Source: Polymyxa betae A26-41 (lineage: Eukaryota; Protista; Endomyxa: Phytomyxea). From it: a stretch of DNA of 64,000 bases. Location: positions 62,001 through 126,000 of the forward strand of contig RBZT01000657.1 of the NCBI GenBank assembly GCA_003693705.1. Direction: 5' to 3'. Numbering within the stretch: position 1 is the first letter of the stretch; each line of letters opens with the position of its first letter. Below are positions 53,804-64,000 of the stretch, in pieces. The position numbers and the translations under genes are program-made. Under the pieces are notes generated by a model. That model did not search any database and was not told the DNA's origin. It was given only the letters and a program-made list of their open reading frames with translations.

Positions 53804-55858
53804 TCACTCTTGAAGGAAAGAAGGCGTTTCTCGAACAAGCTGGATGTGATTTCGGTAACTGAAATAGAAAACAATTGCAAATAGAATCATAGTGATTCCC
53901 AACCCCAAAAACGCCAAGAAAAGATTTTCGGCACCCATCCATGGGGCGACGAATATGCCAAGGATCGAGCCAAATGCATTGGTCAATAAGAACAAAGACA
54001 TGACCACACTCTTCATTGTTTTTGGTGCTGCAATTAAACCAGTCATTTAACGAATATATAACACTGAATACAGCGCTACCTTGGGAATATGACAACTCTA
54101 AGGCAGTCACGCTTGCGAAGATTTCGCTGATAGCTGTGAAAAAGTCAATAAATTTAGTTGTTAAACGCATCAGCTACCGATAAGAGCGTATGGAGGTATC
54201 TGCTGAAACAAAGACGTGCGTCGCGAGTTTGGGATGGTCGGACGAAATTCGCCATCTTGGAAATACCCTTCTTGATTAATTTGATACTGCAATGCCGCTA
54301 TAAATGCCAATGAATGATAGTCAGATAAACTTGCTGTCCATCGGTACCGGAATAAAACAGTGCAATAGCAGAAAAAACGAATCCGATAGATATCCTAGCG
54401 ATGAACCCAAGATGAATACCGCGCCTCCAAAGAAAAGGGAACACCACCGAGTCGAAAAACGGGATCAACAATAAGATACAAAGAGGATCGACAATGTTCA
54501 ACTGGTCAGCTGTAAGCCAACTCGGAGTTCTCATCTGAAGACCTTGCTGGATAAAAGACGTTTGCATTTGATTGTACAGTAGCCAATAAATACTGGATAC
54601 GAAATGCTGGTTCAAAAACTGCAGCAATCGAATCGAAAACATGACTTACGGGAAGACAGCGAATATTTTTGAAGCGTGAAGAACATCCTTCAGATCCATG
54701 ACTAGAGCGATATCCTCTAAGGACGGGGGAGGGTCGGTGCTTGGCCGAAGCAGCGCTTTATCTAGAAAGGAGCATGGCTGCATTGTGGGCTGATTTCTAT
54801 TGCGGAACTTCGTGTTGAATCAGTGATAGAGCAGATTAACGACAATGTACAAACCGCTTGCTTTACAATAGCCAACGAACGAACGAGCATAGAGGCATCT
54901 TTTCGATCTCTGTCAGCGTATGTGGGGATTCCGTGAATAAATACCCCAATCCCGATCATAAATAAAAAGGTTGGAGCCAAAAAAGACATCCAAAACGACG
55001 TTCCCTAAGATACAAGGTTAGCACTGCCTTAAAAACTCAAAAAATTGATCTACTTGAAAAGCACCAAAACGATCTCTCATCAATGGACCATAATGATGGA
55101 GAAAAGGTACTATGAGTTGCCCAAGTAGAGCTCCCGCATTGATGGACCAGTAGAAGTATCGGAATGCCCTTTCTACATCTTCCGGATTATCGATCTGATC
55201 AGCCACGAGAACGCTAACGTTTGATTTGATTCTGATGAAAATGTATGAGTACAAAACATAGAAAACTGGCGAATGCATACCCTCCAGTCCCCATTCCTAT
55301 GAAAAAAAGAGCAGCGAAGAATCCACCAAAAGCAAGCAATGCAGTGGGTTCATTTGGATAATTTCCATAAGCAATGGGCAGAGACGATGCTGTCAGCAGC
55401 AAAAGCCCACACAGATATGTGCAGGAGAATAGCAGAATCGTTTTCACTTTGCCGAATGAAGAATCGCCCATATAGCCACCCAAAAGAGCACAAAAGTAAC
55501 TCCTACAACCAATCAGCATATTGGATTCGCTACCAGAACAAATCCAAAGCACCAAGTGAGAAATCCGTTTTGGACGGCGTCCACAGCTTCATATGAGAGG
55601 TTCAACATTTGCAACATATCTTAACAAAATTAATGCATAATCTTAACGGCATAAAACTGAGCTCCTACATATCGTAAAACACAGCGTCGAGCCATAGAAC
55701 GCGAATCGTTCACAGAATTCTACGATGATGATTGAGATGGTCGAAGCGGGCAGACCCAGGATCTTTCCAGTCTCGATCACCTCACCACTCTTGCCGAAAT
55801 CATCTTGCTCCAGATCAGGATCATGGCCAAGTAATGAAACCCTCTCTTCGTTCGTCAT
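53804..55858 (-). CDS. POT/PTR proton-dependent oligopeptide transporter, multi-exon
   Basis: VEFCERFAFYG, GGYMGDSSFGKVKTI, GTGGIKSNVS..ADQ, FYWSINAG, YNQM, ELSYSQAPKTMKS. Confidence 0.95.
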
Positions 55859-56115
55859 ATGCCGAAATGGCTGCAAATTGATGTGGGGACAGCGAAATGG
55901 GCGGCGTTCCCACTTAGAGCCTTTCCAATAAGTGCGGCTTTGGCCGTTGAACGTAAAAGTAACGTTATCGAGCAGCCTCTGACTGTCGATATGAGATCAA
56001 CTCATCAAGATACAGGTTACACAATTAGGACAGATGAGAGAGGAGACTACTAAACGATCTTTAAGATTGACCATCACACAGAGGGTCACTAGATGATCCG
56101 AAGACTGGCGAGTTT

Positions 56116-56844
56116 TTATGTAATTTCTTGGAGCATGGCTTTTCTGATCAACACTTCGACGTCCTGTTTCCGGACGAGATGGGTAGAATTCACGCCCAGC
56201 GTAATCGGGCCACTCTCGGTTTGGACAGTTCCACAGGGCTTTAGAACTCGAATTTCAGTGTAGAGGGACGTCGGTGGCTCCATGTCAAGATGAAGATCCA
56301 TGTCAATGACGCTCTGATAGGAGCGGATTACCCGTCCATAGCCTTCTAAGAATGACTTTTCATTTTTGCTGACGTTCTCCTCAATTTCATCGGGCAAGCT
56401 AAGTCCCACTTTCCACCAATAGTCCTTAAGCTGGTTGATTCTGTAATTTCTATTACGAAGATGTTTCTCAGTTCCAGTGATATTTCTTTAGCGAGTCCGG
56501 CACTTACAAATACGAGAGGACACAGCGCTTATTATACAGTACACATTGCCAATGCACAATTAAACCACAAGCCATTTGCGATTCAGATACTTCGAATTGT
56601 GTAGATCTGAAAACGAAAATAAATGGGAATAGATTCTATAATGCAGCGATACCTAAGAGTTGCTTCAATCTTGTTGCACAATGTCGTAATTTCTTTGGTA
56701 ATACGATGGATTACATCTTCCTAGAGACGATTGGCAAGTCTGCAAACCATCAAGGCACGAAAATCAAATGTTTACTCTATAACCAGGCAGCCATGTCGCT
56801 CGATTAAGCTCCTTCACAAGCGCACAGGCATCATCCCCGTACAT
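56116..56844 (-). CDS. PSF1: DNA replication complex GINS subunit Psf1
   Basis: MYGDDACALVKEL, NKRCVLSYL.YRI, DMEPPTSLYTEIRVLKPCG, and HLVRKQDVEVLI across three GT-AG introns. Confidence 0.93.
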
Positions 56845-57377
56845 ATAGCTGCCCTGGTTTGTGGTTGGCAACAGACACTAGAGAAACCGTACAAAGTCCA
56901 CAGATATGACCTCGAAGACGTCGGGACGGGAGGACCGATTTGTATTTAAAAATCGCGCAATTGGTCTCTTCGATTTAGTCAGTACAACATTCTGGGTTCA
57001 ATCTGCTACAGCCTGTAAATCATGTTGCAACTCTATTGTACACTATACAGTATTTTTTATTTCGGTATTGGCAGATCCTGATCATTTTCGAAATAAGTTG
57101 CAGAACATCTGGGAGGTTTTGGAACACAAGGAATTTGGCCCTTGCCTTTTTGATAATATGGAAATAACATGGAACGCTGCATTCCTTTAACAGAAGATGT
57201 CTTAAGCTTGAAAATGGGAAATGGTCATAGCAAATCGGGCTGATCATCCGTCGACGGCTCGACCCTCGGCGATTTGTAACGTAACCTGACTGTCTGCATG
57301 GCAATAGCAGGTACAGTAGTATATCTTCGCCCTCATTCTCTTGATACTTTCATTCACCCGCCCAGTTTATCATTTCT

Positions 57378-58994
57378 ATGACAACTGCTCTAGCTCGCGG
57401 GCAGTCGTTCTGCTTCATCTTGACCTTCGCCGCCTATGTCGCTTTGCACGCCGAGCGAAAATCCTACACCAATGTTAAAGCGGCCATGCTGACTCAATGG
57501 GGATTCAGCCAATCATTTCTTGGTGTTTTGGACACCATCTTCATGTTGACTTATGCTGTGAGTGTTATGCTAGATTACAGCTGAGTACGATATTTACATT
57601 CGATATCAGATTGGATTATATGCCAGTGGGGTGGTGGGTGATTCGACATCACCAAAATTGGTTCTATTATCAGGTCTCTCCGCCAGTACTATCGTAGTTT
57701 TATCGCTGGGCTATGCTTATAATCTCGGTCCAAGGATTCCAACTTACTCCCTTTTGATGGCTGTCAATGGATTCGTTCAGAGCACTGTCTGGCCTAATGC
57801 TGTATCTATAATGGCGTCGTGGTTTCCTGGTACTAATCGGGGTTTTATCTTGGGACTATGGTCAGCAGGAAACTCTTCTCAAACATCACCTAAAACTAAA
57901 ACATTTTCAGGTCGGTCAATGCTAACGTCGGAAATTTGACTGGGGGTATATTTAATAGCATCTCGGAATCGATGGGCGCTGATATCAGCACCACTCTTCT
58001 GATACCTTGCGTCTTCACAGCTATCGTTGTTGTCGCAATCTATCTCTATCTAGATCCCGAACCAAGCGTAGTGGTTGCAGTCCAGTCTCAACCAGATGAG
58101 GAGCACCAATCGCTGGTCAATGATGAACCGGAATTGGACAAAAAAAGGGGGATAGGGTTTCTTAATTCATTAATGATTCCTGGTGAGTTTTGCATATCTT
58201 GTATATGTTTGTCGTTCATCCGACATAGGTGTGATAGAGTATTCTCTGGCTTACGCTTGTATAAAGTACTCATGCGTACTATTGTCGTCTCATGATCTGA
58301 TTACATTGTTCAGGAATGTAAATTACTCTGCAATGTTCTGGATGAGCTTCTACCTTAATCAGCAGCTTAATTTCTCGGATGCCGAATCTGCACAACTCTC
58401 TGTTTGGTATGATGTTGGTTGCATTTTGGGTGGAATCTTGATCGGTATTTCACTGGGGTCGTGCCAATTGAAGTTTCTAATGGCAAAACTGTGTAGGTTT
58501 GTTTTCTGATCGATTACAGCTTCGTTGCCTTCCTTGCGTGGTCTCGCTCATGTGTGCCTCATGTACTTTGTATATCTTCAGCACAGTGGGAAGGTCCCCC
58601 TTTCTGATAATTACAATGCTGCTTTTGAATGGAATCTTCATCAATGGTCCATCTGCTTTGATATCGTCCGCTATCTCTGCTGATTTGGGCGCACATCCGA
58701 CGCTTTCAAAGAACGATGTTGCAATGGGTATTGTCACAACTTTTCTTCTTGCTTCAGCATCTGAACTTTTATGTAGCAACTGTTGCTGGGATAGTAGATG
58801 GGACAGGAGCTCTTGGTACTTCAATTGGACAATATGGGATAGCTGCCCTAAGCGAGAAGATGGACTGGACCTTCGTCTTCTACATGCTCGCCTGTCTCTG
58901 CATCTTTTCATGTCTTCTATTAGGCCGCTTGCTTGCAAATGATGTTTACTTTCTGAAGACGCGAAGCAATCAAGTTAGCCATAGATCACTCTAG
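57378..58994 (+). CDS. MFS sugar-phosphate/glycerol-3-phosphate transporter (SLC37/OPA family)
   Basis: HAERKSY, LGVLDT.FM.TYA, NGFVQSTVWP, RGFILGLWS, NGPSALISSAISADLG and VAGIVDGTGALG. Confidence 0.93.
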
Positions 58995-59043
58995 TGTGTA
59001 TATATTTGTAATGTATTTTTATAATGTATAAAATTAGAATAGA

Positions 59044-61900
59044 TTATATTTCCTTTTTCCAAATCTTCGCCTTGGATTGAGATTTGTGTTGTTGCCTTTT
59101 CATTGGCTTTGAATACGTGATCGGTTCAATAATCTGTCCCATCTTGCATTTGATTGTAGGCTGAATCAGGTCGGTATGAGCGCTCTGCGAATGCCATTCA
59201 CTGCCAAGCGGTATCTGCAGCGATCTCTCATAAAGCTCGGCGTTCGCATAAGGGAACGGCACCGATTTCAGTCGATACTTCTGCAGTTTCTTATCGTGCT
59301 TCTCATTGATGATAACATGAGACATAGATCCGTCCTGGCGTCTATCGATTGCCGCCTTCTTCCTGGCCGCTTGTTCAGCAAGACGTTCACCCGCTCGCCG
59401 CTTCGCCGCCCGACTTGGCTTCAAACCGGATCCTGACCACGATCCCCATCCAGGCAGGACCGTATCGGGCTCATCTGGTAGATCTTCGCTGACGATCGCC
59501 TGCTTCTCGGCCAAGAAGTCTTCAACTTCGTCACCAGCAGTTGCGAAAGCAGCTTGGATAAGGGCGCGGTGCTCTTTGTTAGCGGCCGCTGGCACCAGGC
59601 TAAACCCGCCATCTTCGTCGTTCTCATCAACGACAGCCATCTCCAGCAGTTTCGCCGACGATTTCTTATCAGCCTTAGCAGCCGAATTTCCATGCTGCCA
59701 GGGATTGTCAGCTGAAGGTGCCTCTTTCGTCTTCGCTTTAGATTTCTTATTTCGTTTCGAAGCAGGTTCCTTCGAGGCTAATCCCTCATTAGCTACAGGT
59801 TCCGTGGCCCCCTGTTTGAAATCGAAATGATTGTTAGCGGCGGTCTCAGCTTTGGCGTCCTCATTATCGATAGCAGACTTCGTCGCTGTATCGATATTGC
59901 CAGATACTCTCGACCTGAATCCAGCCGAAGTGAACCCAACCTGCTCTATTTGTAGGGAATTGGGAAGGATATTGACCTTGGAGCCGCCTGAATCACTCAG
60001 GGAAGCCAAAGTCGACCCAGGACCGAACGATCTGCGACCGGAAACAGCAGCTGGCGAGGGTTCGTCGATGGGCGCATCAGATTCGTCAGCGTCGGATCCA
60101 GCAGCAGCACTTTCAAATTCACGCATCATTGCCTGGGCTTGAGCTTTCTGCTGTTCAGCAGCCCGGACCATGAATTTCAGGCCGTACACGCCCTTGCGCT
60201 TTTCAGGTTGTTCGTTGTCGATCTCTTTGGAGAGCAGAGACACCTCGGCCGCAGCCTTATCATCGTCTTCGTCACTACTGCTGCAGTCATCTTCGTCTTT
60301 CAACGACTGAATTCGTGAACGAAGCGCCTCGATTCCTCGTTGCTGGTCAGCGACCTTCTCTTTGACTTCGGCATCGGCCAGGCCACCTTAAATGAGTCAT
60401 TAAAAATGTCGTAGTAGGAGGCAACGAAATGAACCATGTTTCAGCGCTGATTTCATCCATTTACTGGTGTTCTTGACACGCAGACTCATTCGGGCATTAA
60501 TTCGTTCCAGCTCTCGTTTCTCCCGTTCTTCTTGCAACATTTCTTCATCCTGGGAATGATCATATCAGAGATACATTCTTCGCAATAGAAAAAACGCAGC
60601 GGTATATCATCGAACAAGATCTCGACAAAACCGAATAGATTGAAATTAACGGATGTGTTTGGACCGAAAACAAAAAACAATCTGATGATGAACTCACTTG
60701 CTCTTCGTTCTCTGCAGATTTCGACTGGGCTTTCTTCAGATGTTTTCGGAACGCTTTCGATTTGATTTTCTTGATCCGTTTAGCTCGCAGCTCGTGATAG
60801 AAAAGCAGCGATCGCATCTTGGCGATTTGATCCTGGCGTTTCTCCATCTCTTCAGCACCAATGACGTTTTCATCGAGTTTCTCGCCTTGGCTCAGCTGCT
60901 TCTCTGTCTCTTTGTACATTTTCGTCAGCTCTTTGAGATCGTTTTCAAGGCTGTTCGTGGATTTGAATTTCGCCACGAGCGATGCGCTCGATTCATTGTA
61001 CTTCTCCTGCTTAAGCGGGAATGTCAAAGACTCAGCACGACGATTAGCTTGAACAAGATGAGCCCATTTATCCATCTCATCTTTGGTTCGCTGGAAACCA
61101 GCAGAACGTTCCAGGCGGCGCTTATCAACCGCCTCCAATGGCACATCAGCGACTTTCGTCTTCTTATCGGTCACAAACTTATCGAACGTCGATTTAACTC
61201 CCGCAAACATCGAGTTAGTTTGCAGCGGATTCAGTAAGGCGTCTAATGTGAGCTTGGTCTCGGATGTTGAGCAAGCCGCCGTCGCCTGCTCGATCAGCTG
61301 ATCTGCGTTACGTCGTAGGCGGGCGTCATCACGTCGAGAAAGCTGTTCGATCACTGAAAGGACGGCGGCGTGAGCTTCAGGCTCGTCATCGTCTCCCTCT
61401 GAAGCTGAAAGCTGCTCGTCGTCGCCATCACTCTCGTCCTCACCGCTTCCATCATCACCTTCTTCGTCGCTTTCGTCTTGACCACTTCCATCATCGTCTT
61501 CTTCGTCGCTTTCATCTTGACCACTTCCATCATCGGCAATTTCGCCTTTGTAGTCAACGAGATCCTCTTTAGAAAGATTTGTCGTGGATTTCGACGGCGG
61601 CGATTCGTCATCGCTGGAAAGAAGGTCGGAAAGATTAACTAATTTCACACCAGTTCGTTTCGATTCTTCCCGAAGTTTCAATTCGAGCTGCTTTCGATCG
61701 ATTTTGTCGCCGCGTATTTTCAAGAAATCTTGATCAACGTCGTCGGATTCATCGGATTCGCACGCCAACTCTTCGTCAACTTCTTCATCTTCGAAATCTG
61801 ATGGGATATCATAACCAAAATCGCATGTTGGCACGATGTCCAGGTCTTCGTCATCAACAGTCTTCTGCTTACGTCCAGGCTTCTGGATTTTTCTCCCCAT
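59044..61900 (-). CDS. UTP14: U3 snoRNP/SSU processome protein UTP14
   Basis: DKWAHLVQANRRAESLTFPL, KMRSLLFYHELRAKRIKKIKSKAFRK, LPGWGSWSG, HVIINEK, and VPFPY...YERSLQIPLGSEW. Confidence 0.96.
61418..61534 (-). repeat. In-frame 39-bp tandem repeat (about 3 copies) within UTP14, encoding DDGSGQDESDEE(D/G)
   Basis: Near-identical units TCTTCGTCGCTTTC(G/A)TCTTGACCACTTCCATCATCG, plus a third degenerate copy. Confidence 0.85.
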
Positions 61901-62295
61901 GATAGGCGGGACTGATGAGATTTCAGATTCAGGAACCCGGGTAATGATAGACGGATCTAACGGAGTCCGTGACGCACTAAGGATCCATCTACTACTGTAC
62001 AGATCTACTTAGCACACATTGGCTCGTTCTTTGAAATAATCGTCTTACTTGATGGTACCTTTGCAATGTCTAAATTGACACACAAGTTTGTTACAGGTAT
62101 TTGAGGATGCGTTTCGGCTGTACGATGCACCTGGCGGTTGCAAATGAGATCGTTTGAAAGTCATTTGCAAGTGTCTGCTCAAATATGCTGATGAGACGTT
62201 GTTGTTGCTACGATCGAATACGTAAACAGTGTTGCATTCGGGCTAGCGAGAGCGTAATTTGAATAGAGAGTCTTCAGTAGTTGAAGGCGCTACAA

Positions 62296-63190
62296 ATGGC
62301 CATTTCGGCCGTCCAACGGTTGGAAGATGCCAATCGCATCAAAGATTGAGCTTTGAATACGGACACACACAGGCCAGGTACTTGGTGAGCTCATCGAGAT
62401 CGAGCCGATCGCATACTACCCTGCTCGCCATATGAAGACCTGCTGAGTTTCGTCCGCGATCGGATTACTGGTTCCTGAGAGCAGGAACATTGGACCAGAT
62501 GGATGGAGGTGGCCTTCGCGTCCACCAGCGGCCGTATGAAACCCTGACCGGTGGTTCTGGAGCCCGTCATCAACGAATTTCAAGTCAATCTGCACGAGGG
62601 CATCATGTCGGATCTGACCTATTACATCTACCAAGGCTGCTTATCGGAGCGAACGCGGATGTTGCTGGAGCAGCACCACCTGAATACGAATCGGGCCCGG
62701 GATCTGGCCGTGGAGGAGCGACTGCAGTTCCTTGCACACTCCGGGAGCAGCGAAGTGGGCAACGCCATGGCTGTGGCCAGTACGATCCGGGTCAGCGGCA
62801 GCGGCCTCAGCAACACGCGGCGACGACGATTCCTGTCGCTCGAGCGCGACAAACGATCACAGCTTCAGTGAAGCAGCGGCAGCGTTGCTACAAATGTGGC
62901 GAGCGAGGTCACGTTCGCCCAGCATGTTCCGAAAAGGCGGAGCCGACCTCCATTGCCGCCGCAGCCAAATCAACCTGAAAGCGTGGGGACGCTGCAGCCG
63001 CCTTAAACACCTTCAATTTAGGGGATCTGCAAACACAGCCAGCAATCGAAGAATCGTTGCCGCGAGGAGGGACATCCTTGATCATGGTCGAGTTCGAAGG
63101 ACGGGTCTTCAAGGCGCTGGTCGATACCGGTGCGGACGTTCGAGTGGCGAGACGACGAGTCATCGAAGCGGCCAAATCTGCGACTTAATT
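62296..63190 (+). mobile_element. Decayed LTR-retrotransposon fragment (Ty3/gypsy-like gag zinc knuckle plus aspartic protease), truncated before RT
   Basis: CYKCGERGHVRPAC (CCHC knuckle), then in the same frame after a TGA, MVEFEGRVFKALVDTGADV (retropepsin DTG). Multiple stops and frameshifts, locally higher GC, no introns. Confidence 0.8.
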
Positions 63191-63562
63191 AACGACGTCG
63201 CTGTCATGACACGATTCACTGGCTAAGATGTTTTGCCAGGCAGTTATGCATAGAGTTGTTGGTCGGGAAATACGAACAGACCCACATCTATTTCTGAAGA
63301 ACGAGTACTTTACATAATTATCAATAATTATCAAACATCAATTAAAACCTCCCATTTATCATCAATTTTCATACTTCTCAATTCCATTACGTAATAATGC
63401 CTGGTTTGATCATGAACATAATGTGGGATTATGTCATGGTTACGTTACATGGACATCTATCATCAACTGCATTTTGAGCGCAATTTCTGTATGTACTGCT
63501 GTACCCTCTCCCATCCCATTTTGTAAATATCCAATATATAATCCCACGATCATCCAGCGTGT

Positions 63563-64000
63563 ATGCTGGCTGCCTTCACCCGGTCGTTTCGCTTGATCAG
63601 GAATTCTAGAAGGCGGCTTCTGTCAGAAGTCGCCGATGATGGCGAAGGAATTGTGAAGAAGTCGGCCACCAATGCCCTGTTGCCGATGGGAGCTGATGTT
63701 CCTCGTCCGGCCGAAGTGTTATCGATTCCGCTGTCTCGTCGTCCATTATTTCCTGGCCTCGCATACCCAGTCAGGTCGGCTTATAAACAGCTACGAAGCT
63801 CGCTGAAATTAAATTCCGTTTCTGTAGGCTGCAAGATAAATCAGTTATCGATGAAGTGCAACGTCTTATGAAATCCGGCTCTCCTTATATTGCAATGTTT
63901 TATCGTCGGAAAGATGTCGCCCACACGGGATCTCTGAACGTAATTCAATCGGTTAATGAGATTTATAATGTCGGGACGCTCGGTCAAGTTTTTCGGATTG
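63563..64000 (+). CDS. Mitochondrial Lon protease, 5' part (runs off the window)
   Basis: Arg-rich presequence MLAAFTRSFRLIRNSRRRLLS, EVLSIPLSRRPLFPG, and after an intron PYIAMF...EIYNVGTLGQV (Lon N-domain). Confidence 0.85.

Overview
This is a very compact, gene-dense eukaryotic nuclear region, not a prokaryotic one. It holds about 29 protein-coding genes split by short GT-AG introns (mostly about 45-60 nt), which is why the six-frame track is so fragmented. Intergenic gaps are often under 100 bp. Ciliary and centriolar genes (CFAP74-like, CEP120, a TTLL) indicate a flagellated life stage. The compactness and tiny introns suggest a parasitic protist such as a plasmodiophorid, but that is inference and not verified. 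Most genes are housekeeping: NF-YB, MscS-like channel, mitochondrial Hsp70, USP37-like, RBX1, Arf-like GTPase, OGG1, NAA30, several transporters, a TmcB-like PAS membrane protein, P4H, SGT1, WDR70, polyprenyl synthase, PRCC, P4-ATPase, eIF2-gamma, DEK, PSF1, UTP14 and Lon. Accessory content is limited to (i) a TA-flanked pogo/Tigger-like non-autonomous element that appears nested in another element end (4.1-4.85 kb), (ii) an orphan secreted protein next to a decayed pogo/CENP-B-HTH remnant (33.4-36.0 kb), and (iii) a decayed LTR-retrotransposon gag-protease fragment (62.3-63.2 kb). I also noted telomere-like TTTAGGG motifs just after several intron donors. I found no convincing, wholly new multi-gene system. 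CDS coordinates span introns, and start codons are best estimates.
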